From Basidiobolus ranarum (taxonomy: Eukaryota), in assembly GCA_040143965.1 (NCBI GenBank), contig JASJQH010000052.1, positions 1-37,637 of the forward strand: a stretch of DNA of 37,637 nucleotides, written 5' to 3'. The position numbers were made by a program, and so were the translations under genes. Shown piece by piece: positions 25,749-37,312 of the stretch. The notes beneath the pieces were generated by a model. It ran no database searches. It was not told the origin of the DNA and worked only from the letters and a program-made list of their open reading frames with translations. The stretch's first letter is position 1. Each line of letters starts with the position of its first letter.

Positions 25749-28269
25749 TTAATAAACCGGCGAATTAATTACAAATACTGTTTCTTCTTCCTTGTGTATC
25801 CATTTTCTCAAGGCAGTCAGCGAAGCAATGACGCTGGTTTTAGACACCAATGGTCCCAAGGCAGCATACATTTCGAAAGTTTGAGAGCTCTGGTACAAAT
25901 ACAAACGAGTTAGTGAGAAAGCAAGTGCATGGTATTATTCTTATGGTTTATACCCATCCTATGATTGTCTCTGTATTCGTCACTTGATAGAAAGTTTTCA
26001 AAGGTAGTGCCTTACAGTGCATTCGATTGTGGACATGTTGATACATACGGAATAACCTAGAAAAGCCCGAACAAAATATTAACCCATGCATCACATCGGC
26101 AGTTAAAGAGTGAAGACAAACCGCCGCTGTTCATCGAGATTTTCGTAGTAGGGCAAGTAGGCGGGCGAAGTAATTTGAACATACTGCTTAGATTTATACA
26201 GAAAATGTCGAAGTCCTGGGATTCCTATTTCCTCTATATCAACATAAAATGAGAAATCCATGCAAACTCATCAATCTAAACGCAACTCCTATCCTACCAA
26301 GAGTGTATTCTTTTGAGTCTACGCTTTGCTCCATCTCTACAAGTGCCTCAGTTTGATTCAGATGCTAGTGAATTTATAAATATTATCAAAATGTGCTCGA
26401 CATCAAAAGAAAAGTCGATGATAGCTTACCTCCACCACAATATCCCTGGATGCCGAACACTCAAAAAACATGTCCTTATCTGGTGATATCATTACTAGGC
26501 AGGTTTCTTTGGCAATAAAGCAAACGTATGCATGAAGAAACCCTTTGCTATTGAATCTTGGAAGGCAAATAGGTGTCCACGATTCGCCAGAGTGAAAAGT
26601 AGTTGACCCATTCACCATATTAAAGACCAAATGCAGATCTATGCCGCTCCAGTTAGTGCCGAACTAGAACAAACTAAGAATGATAGACAACACTTACCGG
26701 AGGGATGCAAGCTTTGCTTTCTGGGGCGAAGTAGAGTAACTAGTTTACCACTAGTGATTAACATGGCAAATAGAACATGCTAGACAACATCCATTTAGTA
26801 CAAGAAATGAATGAGAAATAAAGGCAGTAGGCCAGTTTTCAATCCTACCTTAGACTTGATTAATTGCAGAGAATTATTAAATTTTGTTCTTAAGGATTTT
26901 CTTAGTTTCAATGCGTGGATTGCTCCCAGCATGATGCTAGGATCGTACGTTATTTCTCTGCACAAACTATCAAGAAATGTCTCGGTACCTAGAGTGAGAG
27001 GAAATTTTGATTCGCAATGATCAGGACATACGGCTGATGTTTGATTGACTTTCATTGTGAGGTGTTGACTTACCACTTAATAGGCGGCGAAGGTCAAAGT
27101 TAACCCTCTGTTCAAAGATCCGAGTTAGCTGAGTTAATGTTACGATGCTCAGGACTTGGTTGTAAAGGTACATTAATTGGGTTCGGATCTTCAATACAAG
27201 TCGTTAATATGCAAGTAAGTAATAATTCGCGAATTAATTAGTCCTACATGACTCTCAGGCTCCCCAGTTTTGGCTACGGCCAAAAGATAAAGTGGGCTTC
27301 TTAGTAAGAACACGAATTTATGTTCACCGGCACTAATGGATCTTGAAGATAATATGAGGTTAGAGAGAACTCTATGCAAAATGATTAACTTATACAGAGC
27401 TTACTTGATGGAGTCTCCTGTATCAGCGAAAAATGACACAATGGCTTGGATTACTCCCATATAACTAGAAAGTTTTGACTCATCACCAAAACGAGAATAG
27501 ATAGGTTTTCCTGCACTACTTAATATGAAAAAATGCTTCTCGTGCCCGGCCCAGTTGGGGGAATAAGGATCTTAGAAACGAAATATCTTTAGAATGATTC
27601 TTGGAAACGTCTACGATGTTAAGAAATTTAGATATTAACCTTCTTCCGCGTATGATTTACGATATTTGCTCTGCTTCTTTGAACAACCTCCCAACTCTTC
27701 TCCATTAATATCTGCAAGCTCGGGAAACTCCTCTTCATACCCCTCCTTAGATATGCTCTTACTTTCCCTAGATTCGCTCGAGAGAGATGGGCTTCCTGTT
27801 TGATTCAAAATATTGAGGATTTTCTACACTTTCTCTTAAGGGTGAATTATCAAGTACCTGATATGCCCTGATCTACTATCTCCTCTAAAGAACTTAGATC
27901 ATCCTCTACAACACCGACAAACGAATCTCTACCCAACTCGATTCCTAATCCAGATTTCCTCTTTGGGCTAGTTGGGCCAATTCTTAGCATATATTCAATA
28001 TCCTCACTTTCTCTTGAGCGAAAGCTAGCTCCATCTAGCATAATATCTCCACTAAGTTTTGATATAGTTGAATAGCTACTAAGATTTGAAGATGCTGAAG
28101 GTGAGGAAGGTCGTGATGGTAGAGTATTATCTACGGAAAGATGAACTGAAGGTTTCGATTTAAATGTATTAAATTTTCCTGTTAAAATGGGAGACGAAGA
28201 TATCGGAGATGCGCTCGTTAGCAATTCGTTGCCTTCTCTAAATGGTTTGGGAATATCAGAGGAATCCAT
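25749..28269 (-). CDS. MON1: Vacuolar fusion protein Mon1 (Ypt7/Rab7 GEF subunit), multi-exon
   Basis: [83 protein letters not shown], end [17 protein letters not shown]. Confidence 0.94.
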
Positions 28270-28684
28270 GAGTAGATATCTCTATGTTGGCAATTAAGAC
28301 TTATGTATATGTTAATGCTGTAAAAAAGAATTGAACAATAGCTATATGCTAAAAGCGAACACTGGTGGCAACCAAACCTTAGTTTAGCAGGTGGGAATCT
28401 CCATTTGGTTTATTATTATGCATTATAAACAAGCAATACTAAATTTGACCTACAATTGTGATTAACTCGAACACTGATCATTCACGTGTTAAAATCACCA
28501 AGAAGTTAAATAACAATCACTAGTAGAGTTAATTTCGAAATCTCTTTTTTTAGCGAAAACCCAATTAACAATAAATGTGTGATACCTCTGTATTAAAGAA
28601 AAAAAGAAAGAATTTTTTGAAATAATTGCTGGTTGGTAGTTGTGTTTCGTTGACAAAGCAATCTCACACCAAACATCAGATATA

Positions 28685-29818
28685 ATGTCAGAAGAACAAT
28701 GCCCAGTTTTCCGCTTGGATGCTGTCATCCTCGAGAAGAGAAAGAACAACGAAGAGTACCCACCTGCTCTCTCTGCAGCTGAAAAGTTGATGAATGCTAT
28801 CCAATCTTTTGAACAAGGTAAAATTATCATGTCAAAATATACACAGCATCAAAATGTAGCAAACAGTATTGCTGGGCCTATTGGCGCTTTAGAAGCCATC
28901 ACCGATGCCCTGTTGCGTGATCCTCGTAGTTTTTATCTTGAAGGACAAAAAGACTTGGAAGGACTTCAAAAAGTTTTGATGTTCGAACAACAAGTTCGTG
29001 ATTGCGCTTCCTCTGAAATCCCTGTCCTTGAAATGATCAAGGATTACCAAAAGCGCCTCCAAAATCACGGCTGGGAAGATGTTCAGCCTGCCATTGATGT
29101 CAGTATTCGTGCCTCTTTCTTGGTTGGTTTACTTACATTTGGTGTCCTTGGTAAAGCTAAAGACGCTTTGACTCATTTCCGCCGTTCGGTTGATATTATT
29201 GTTGCCGCTAACGCCGAGCTTGAGCCTACTGCTGATGCTAAGACACGCGGACCTGCTCTAAAAGAGTCATTTTTGAGAGCTTGTAGACAAACCCTCATGA
29301 ATGCCATTATGTTGGGATATGCAACTACTTCTGATAGCAAGTCCTTCTCTCTGGACGATATCTTAGCTGAAGCCGATGCTATCTTGACTTCCATCGAAAA
29401 AGATACTGAAGTTTCTGAGCCTAAAGACAAATTGGCTTTTAACACATATCTTGCCGCACATGCTAGAATGGCTCGTGGTTTTGTTTACCGTGAGAGAGGA
29501 GAGGTCAATGGGGTATTCAACCAGGAACTCTGCAACAAAGCAGCCCAAGAATTTAAGATTGCCGCGGAGCTCTATCCTGAAGATGAATCTGATCGCTCTC
29601 TTGCTGCCTACAAATCAATCGAAGCATCCCTTCGTGCTGGTAATCACACTGTTGGCGAGCTTCTGTCACTTCTCAAAATCGCTACTGACGCCAATACTAT
29701 GGCAACTCCTGTCTTTGGTGCTATTTCTGAACATGTTCCTGCCAAAGCTACCGCCGAGAAAGTACTTAGTCAATACTCTGCAGCTGACGCTGATAAATGC
29801 TTGAGCCCATTAGCTTAG
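28685..29818 (+). CDS. Uncharacterised intronless alpha-helical (TPR-like C-terminus) protein, 377 aa
   Basis: Long open frame with normal composition and strong GCT/GCC-type codon usage; ATG at 28685. Motifs ALLRDPRSFY, GWEDVQPAI, AAELYPEDE. No signal peptide or clear catalytic motif. Confidence 0.8.
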   Translation: MSEEQCPVFRLDAVILEKRKNNEEYPPALSAAEKLMNAIQSFEQGKIIMSKYTQHQNVANSIAGPIGALEAITDALLRDPRSFYLEGQKDLEGLQKVLMFEQQVRDCASSEIPVLEMIKDYQKRLQNHGWEDVQPAIDVSIRASFLVGLLTFGVLGKAKDALTHFRRSVDIIVAANAELEPTADAKTRGPALKESFLRACRQTLMNAIMLGYATTSDSKSFSLDDILAEADAILTSIEKDTEVSEPKDKLAFNTYLAAHARMARGFVYRERGEVNGVFNQELCNKAAQEFKIAAELYPEDESDRSLAAYKSIEASLRAGNHTVGELLSLLKIATDANTMATPVFGAISEHVPAKATAEKVLSQYSAADADKCLSPLA

Positions 29819-30188
29819 ATTACTATTTCTTTCTAAATAAAATGTACAGAAGAGAATGGTCTCCGTTTATACTTGACGTTGTCCATAAATAATCGTTTCA
29901 AACTCTCTTTCAAAACCGTTCGTGACACATGTTATATTTAATCTTGGAAAATCTTAAACTTATATTCTATTACAAACAGAATACCTGAATTAGTGATTTC
30001 ACATGACTTAAGTAATACATAATATTTTAATTTAATATGGATATTTAATTCATATCTGCGGCAAGTGGAGCAGTCGTTTGGATGAACATGTGTCTGGAAT
30101 TATCTCATATTGTGGTGTATTCCTCAGTCAAAATAAAACTAGTTCTTTTTCCCTTTCGATAACCGCTAGGAAAGACAATACATTTCTA

Positions 30189-31142
30189 ATGTCGCAACCA
30201 TATAGTCAGCCTCATCAACCTAACCAAGGTGCAGACCCACAGCACCCTTCTTTTCCAGAGCCACATCATTATACCCAACCTGGGTCGGCTCCACATCCTG
30301 GTGTTCAATACGGTGCTCTTCCCCCTACTTACAATCAAGCTTTTGGAGGTAACAGCAGTGCTCCAGGTGGCTATCCTGAAAATGAAGACGACGATTTCAA
30401 GTACGGTGTAAGCGTAGCACAGTGTGAAATCGAGATTAGAATGGGTTTGTTACCTCATTTTATACATCGGTAATCAGAAAACCATATGCTAACAAAAATT
30501 TTATCTATTATTTCTTTCATGAAGCCTTCATTCGGAAGGTATACATGATCTTAGCCACCCAGCTAGGAGGTACTGTCCTTGTTGGATGCCTCTTCTTTTT
30601 CAACGATCAAGCTCGTAACTGGGTCCAAACTAAGTATAAGAACTTCACTTGACTGTAAACTTTAATTTCAGTACGCTAACATTTTTATAGTCAATGGGCT
30701 TCCTTCGTATCTCTTTTTGGTGCGATTGGTGTTATGTTAGCGTTGTTCTGGAAGCGTCATTCTTCTCCTTTGAACTTATATCTCCTTGGGGCATTTACCT
30801 TACTAGAAGCTTACAGTGTGGGAACTATTGGTAAGTAGTAAAGTTCGTAGTGTGGTATTTTGTAACTGGTTACTTATTTCAGAATATTTCTCTAGTTGTA
30901 TTATTATATTCTTTCGGGGATATTACACAAATATTGATCATTACTTTCACGCTTTTCATCGGACTTGCTCCTTTCACGGTGCGTAAATTTGACTTCCGTG
31001 AAATGGGTTTTGTGTATGTATAGTAGTCTAGTAATGCTATTTGTTTAAGCAATACAAAACTAATGCACATTTTGACCTGTTTAGACTTGACATCGTTCTC
31101 CGGCTCGTAGTTTTTGCCTCCTTTATCCAGGCTTCCCTTTGA
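30189..31142 (+). pseudogene. BXI1: Bax inhibitor-1/TMBIM (Lifeguard/Bxi1-like) gene, C-terminally truncated; probable pseudogene or truncated paralog
   Basis: Pro/Gln-rich N-terminus, DDDFKYGVSV..IRM/AFIRKVYMILATQL, WKRHSSPLNLYLLGAFTLLEAYSVG, KFDF. Stop TGA at 31140-31142 comes before the last two TM helices; no YDT or LYLD motif is seen downstream. Confidence 0.7.
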
Positions 31143-31301
31143 AAATTATCCATGTTATAACAAATACCAAATACGCATCTCTTCATATGTAATATTTCTT
31201 TTCTTTGCAATCTTGAACTAAAGTTTAAAGTACGAATATACGTGAAGACATTTAACTTGCTTTCATTTTGAGAGTGTCTATGTTGTATAGTAAATTTATT
31301 A

Positions 31302-32316
31302 CTAGGTATGTCTATTCTGAATATGTCTATGTTGATTCTTGGAACGAATACAATCCACCTTCTTTGAGCCATGAGATTTCGGTGGATCTAGAAAGTTCCT
31401 TATCCAATTGGCTTGTGGCGCTACCCTTGCAAAAGCTGCTGGGACATCGACACCACACCCCGCACTGTAACTGGTTACTCCTATCAGGAATGGATTTCCT
31501 GTTGCATCGAAAGAGACAAGCGGCCCACCGGAATCTCCGGAACAGACATCTATTACACGCAATAATCTTAGTATACGAAAAGCAATTAACTAAGCCACTG
31601 CTCATGTGACTTACTTTTCTCTCCCTCCCAAGTCCCAACACACAACACAGCCGTCGAATTAAATGGCATATTTAGAGCTGTATATTTTTGCACACAGACT
31701 TCCTCATCAAACACTTTCATATCAATTTCTTGTAGAAGGTCTGGATATTCTGTAGCAGATATCAATCCCCACCCCAATGCTCTCACTTTATCTCTATTGG
31801 AGATTGGCTGACCGATCTGCTGTAGAGGGATGCTGGTTACTTGTGAAGGGAGAGGGTTAGCCAGCTTTAGAATGGCAACTGGTAAAGTGTATTAGTATTG
31901 GGATATTGATAATAAGAAGAGAAGTGAATATTACAGTCATTTATCGCACGACTTCTATCCCAATTCGGGTGTATTGTGATATTAACTGCTGGTACTACAA
32001 TTCCTCCTTCTTCTTCCACTTTTTTTGAAAGATTATGTCTTAGCAAATGAACCATGATTTTTCCAGCTGGTTTCTCGTGAAAACAATGAGCAGCAGAAAG
32101 TATCGTTGTGGAATCTAAAACTACGCCCCCACACCAACGCATGTCACCAACCGCAGGATTCTGGAGGAAAGTAAATGCCATCCAAGGATAATTATTGGAG
32201 GATTTCACTGCTGTTCCACCATATATTAGGTATTTAGGACGAAGAGGGGGTTCAGTAGATATTGAATATGGTAATTGACAGTATAGAGTAAGGAACACTA
32301 AGAAATGACGGTGCAT
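31302..32316 (-). CDS. Secreted S1 (trypsin/chymotrypsin-fold) serine protease, 3 exons
   Basis: Signal peptide, mature start IYGG, CGG, SAAHC (His), ND/FAILKL (Asp), GWG, CSGDSGGP (Ser), GVTSY. Confidence 0.93.
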
Positions 32317-32992
32317 GAGTTATGGATGTTTGTGTATGTGGTTATTAAAGTTACAAGGTTAGGTTAAGGCCTTTGGAAGGTATGTCCAAATACAGGCAGT
32401 TAAATTAGTCAAGGAGAAGTTTTCTTGTTGGGTGGTCATTATATTATGCAAGGTGCTCTCTTTTGTGGTTAAAATGTAGCAATTACTAGAGCAACATAAT
32501 GTTTATTTGTGAATTCTAACATACATTCATAACAATCATGATTGATGTACATTTAATTATAGTAACCAACATTATGATGGCTAAATGATCATTGAATATA
32601 ATATACCTTCTGTTCGTGTTCAGAGATAGTCACTCAATATATAATTCGTCAATTATTTCTACTAATGTCCTATTTCACACACTCTTGAATCCTAGTACAA
32701 GGTATTCCATTATACTCTAACTGATTCGGAAAAGGGTTTCATGCATAACATATACCCGTGTGACAATGATCTACCGAACTGATCACATGTTTTAATATCA
32801 TAAAAATATACAGATTGCTCCTGAATGGGAAATTTTGGTCAGTGAATTATGGATTAGAGAGATACTTGATCACTTTACTTCTCTTACTGCTGGCAATAGT
32901 TCCCAAATATTCCTTGTACCGTTATCGTAGAACGCATAATTGCACATAATAATAAAACTATACTTAGCTGACACGAATATAAACCCTCCATA

Positions 32993-34220
32993 ATGCTTCA
33001 CCTAAAGTATCAAAAGTTGCTTACAGTGTTGGTTGCTCTCGTTGGACTCACGATAGGTAACTACATATTTTTATTTCATGAAAATCAAGTTCCTTTACCC
33101 ATGTCTATTACAGCTATACAAGAAACTGAATATTGTCAGATTCTACCATCTACGTCCAAATTTTGTCATGAAGTAAACTATCCGACTACCATTAAAGACG
33201 TTGAAGCTGCAGATGCCAGCATTAAAGGTTTGTACATCAGTTTGAGCAACAAGGACAAAAGAAGGCTGATAATAATCCCTTTACTTAGAGTCCTTGAATA
33301 GAATGAGTAGAGAAGGGTACGATAATGCCGGTGCCGTATGCATACTGGCCATTCGCCGCGCTCTTTGTTATATGACATATAAGTATTGTGATATTGAAAC
33401 CCATGAGATACACTCAATTTGTCCCACTGTCAGGTAAGATTTTTAATTATCCAAACCTATGTAGAACCGGTGAAATGTTAAGCACACTTAATAGGCAACG
33501 AGCAGTCACAATATGTAACGATTCCCACTCATTCACCGACATCAGCGTCATTGACGAGAATATCAACTCCACTCTCTTTCGACAAGAGGCTGGTTGTTAT
33601 CCTGACTCATTAGAGATAGACAAAGTAACAAATAATACTTCCTCCATATTACCTAGCGACTTGAGTTCCCCCACGTCGACTTTGGCTGAAGGGATACTTA
33701 CAGCTACCGTCAAACCTACTACTTCCACTATTCTACCGACAACACCTTCTCATGATGCGGATGTATCCAATGCCAAGGATGAATCCACCTCAACTGTAAA
33801 GGGACCTGAAGCATCAACCTTCACTGATCGAGAGACCACTCGTGGAAATACAGCACTGGTGACAGGTGCCAGTGATGGTTCTCCCATGCAAACTACTGAA
33901 GTTCAATCAGTGCTCAAATACCGACAGGGTATTCTCAATGATCTAGCTAGCCCTCCAGTAGATGAGGCAGATCCAGCTTATTCATTCGCATCTTCACTAT
34001 TAGCGATCATTTTAGTTTTGGTCATCATAGGAAGTTGTGTAGTAGCCACATTGGCATTTGTGTTCCACAACAGAAGACAATCATTTTGGAACATCTCTAA
34101 ATACGGTCGATACAAAAAGATGGAAGATGAAGATATATATCCTGAGGTTGTGGAGGTAAGCGTTTATATTAGGTGTTTCTAAAACTCGAAATTCACCATC
34201 TTTCTTTAAATTAGTGCTAA
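32993..34220 (+). CDS. Type I single-pass membrane protein: signal peptide, Frizzled-like cysteine-rich domain, Ser/Thr-rich stalk, TM, short tail
   Basis: Spliced model: CQILPSTSKFCHEVNYPT..VCILAIRRALCYMTYKYCD..ICPTVRQRAVTIC..GCYP, then an S/T stalk, TM LLAIILVLVIIGSCVVATLAFVF, and tail ..YPEVVE/C*. Confidence 0.72.
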
Positions 34221-34357
34221 CTTCTGTGACCGGGCAAGATTAGTGAGCATTACAAACATCAATAATACTTCTTAGGATAACATAATATAATTAAAAAGAT
34301 AATCATTGATAAGCATACATTGGTAGCCATCAAGCAATATCAATAAATATACAAGAA

Positions 34358-36075
34358 TTACTGCAACTTCCAATCCTTTCCTTCCCCAGTGAGTCCCCAC
34401 GATGATTGCGATCCTGAAAATATGGTATCCTTCATGACATAAGCGCATTTTGGGCCGCAACACTTTCCTTCGGTACATAACTCTGAATAGTTGAGATTAT
34501 CGGTATGGTTCTTCCAGCTGGCACCTGTGGATATCATTTCGTCAAGAATTTTACGAACTGATGGGACCAGCGTCCCAATCTCAGCCTTCCGTTGAGCATC
34601 TTTAGAATATATGCCACATAAAGTGTAGCCCCTTTCAGGCACCAACCTGTCGCATAGTTTGTAAGGAACATCCTCAGCGTTAGCCAATTCTTCAATATCT
34701 TCTTGGGTAAATTTGGCTCCATATTCTAGTAGCATTTTCTTGGCTAAGTCGTAATCCTTTACCTGACACTCGCGGCGAGTACACTGCAAGTTATGAATAC
34801 GTCGGCCCATGCAGGTGCTTGGCCACATAAACCAGTCCTCGGAATAATTACGGGGTTCGATGCTAATAGTTACACGATTGGAGCGTTGAAAGATATTACA
34901 GCCAACACCATTGCCAAAGGAAGTAATAAACACGTCGATATCCTCCATCAGTTTAGCAGTTGCCGCCAAAGAACATCTTGAAATAAAGTTAATGAAAGAG
35001 AAAAGGGAAAGCAAGAAATATAAGAACTTGTAGTAGACACAACATACCCAGAATCAAAGCTGAGAATTTTAATCTCCGCATATGGTATGGCCTTCCTTAA
35101 AGCGCTTACAGCCTCATCCATGTTGGTCACACGTCTTGAGTTTTTCCGATTCAATATCCCAATGACAGGCGTGTCACTTAATTGGTCACTAGTAGGCGGG
35201 AAGATTTCGACTTGTTTGGTGCATTGTAGCGATTTCTCAGTACTTTGAGCCACTGTTTTGTTCCAAGCATCATTGTGAACATAATAGTCTAAAACATCAT
35301 CCCGGAATTGGTTCATGTGCTGTTGAGGAATAAATCTCTCACAATAATTATGTGAACATCTTGTACCACCCCCTACAATGGCACGCGAGAAACAAATAGG
35401 GCGACTTGATGGAGGAAGAATCTGATGATCTGTTGCTGCCTCATCCTCCGCAAAAACAATATCTTTTCCAGAAGTGATAAAGTCCAAGTCAATGATGTGA
35501 GGCTGAAACCAAAAGGTTCTAGGTCTAAAGGTCCAAGCATTACGGGAAGCCTTGAATTCCTTCATGACACTGTATAAAGGTAGGAGACCATTATAGAGTT
35601 GGTGAGAGAAATGGAATGGAGAATATAGTCCATATACGAAAAGTGTCTCATCAATCAGGTCTACATCTACGCCTTGGGTGGGCTTCCAAAAGGACATGAT
35701 TGGACGAACTTCTGGAGCCCAGTGAATATCTTCCGTTGTTCCCACTGATATTAAATTTACGAGTGGTGGCTTCTCTTTCAAAGCAGTAGGATCTCTAACT
35801 CTAATATAGGCTCCATGTTTACGATCGATGCATAAATTTTGGTAGGTACAAATGCGAGTGCGAGGAGTAGTACCGGTACACTCCCAAGTGGAGTCCTCCA
35901 TTACCGGTCCAGTTGATACTAGTTGAGGGTGTTCGGACATCCATTTTTGATACTCTCTATCATGTCGGTCTAATGTTCTGCTACGGAAGGAGAAAAACAA
36001 CACTATCAAGATTATAAAGCCGAAAAATAAACGATGTTTACTAATTAACCATTTCAAGATGACTTTAAAGGCCAT
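34358..36075 (-). CDS. Glycosyltransferase family 61 (DUF563)-like type II membrane protein, 2 exons
   Basis: N-terminal TM anchor, CTYQNLC, FHFSHQLYNGLLPL, ICFSRAIVG, ILNRKNSRRVTNMDE, DVFITSFGNG..IF..VTISIEP; intron 35047-34977. Confidence 0.75.
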
Positions 36076-36627
36076 ATTGAACCAAGCAACTTAGCTTGAA
36101 GCAGGTAAGAATTTTATGTAGTTTGAAGAGGGATTTTTCATGGGTAAATTAGGAATTATATAACCAGATTCGTACAAATCATATTTCTCGAGAAGAGAAT
36201 ATTCTTTTTAATCGCTACTGTTCAGGAGCGTACCTGGCCAAATGTGAACTACGTTATATTCAGATATATATCATGCGATTTTAACCAAGGATTTTAACGC
36301 AATGTGCAAAATCAAACCTTAAATTGCCCTGGATTTATTGGTGATACTGGGCCATATATTGGAACCTTATATAGCCTTTTCAGGAACCACTTGGCAGCTA
36401 TATGATAAGACCATGATGTAATACAATATAGGCCGTTGTTTTCAATGTGGAACCAGTTACACTTGCTCCTTATCATTATGGGATCCACTTTCCAAAAACC
36501 TTTCCAATCTAGCCTTCCCTACTGTGAGATCAATGCTGCATATTTCCTCACTTTTTGGTAAATTCCGCATATTTCCTGCTAAATCCTATATTTCTTCACC
36601 ATCATAATTTATAACTAGGGGCCTGTA

Positions 36628-37312
36628 TTGTTGAAATTAGCATTGCCTAAACACCTATATCGTCATATATAGCTTAGTACTTAGTTATCTTATATTGAAC
36701 TAAGATATTATCCATTATTCTCATGAGGAATATACTTAGAAGTTCTCAGATATATAGATTTTTCAAACTTGTGCTAGAAGCCCCAAACTTTGCACATATG
36801 TTCCTGGGACCTTTCTTAACACAATCTACATGTTAAGTTGTTTACTTTATGACAAAACTATAAATGTCAACTGAATACTCAATATATCAGCAAGTGAAAA
36901 TTGTTAAAGTATTTGGGAGCCTGTTGGAAGTGGTTTGGAGAATTAGAGGAATTGGTGGTTTTCATTTATTGATTTATTGAGTAGAGAGTTGACATTTATA
37001 GTTTTGTCAAGATATAAACAAACTAACAAGTAGAATTTGTTAAGGAAGGTCCCAGGAACATGTGTGCAAAGTTTGGGGCTTCTAGCACAAGGTTGAAAAA
37101 ATCTATATATCTGAGAACTTTTAAGTTGGTAAAAATATTCTAAGTAAATTCTGATTTAGAATAATTGATAATATCTTAGTGAATTATAAGATAACTGAGT
37201 ACTAAGCTATATATGACTATATAGGTGTTTAGGCAATGTTAATTTCAACAAAAACCACCAAGTTCTTTAATTCTCCAAACCACTTCCAAAAGGTTCCCAA
37301 AATACTGCAACA
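36628..37312. repeat. Long imperfect inverted repeats (foldback/MITE-like remnant) arranged A-B-A'-B'
   Basis: 36628-36900 is the reverse complement of 36959-37251 (e.g. cattgcctaaacacctatat / atataggtgtttaggcaatg; ttgtgctagaagccccaaactttgcaca / tgtgcaaagtttggggcttctagcacaa). 36901-36962 is the reverse complement of 37251-37312. Confidence 0.9.
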
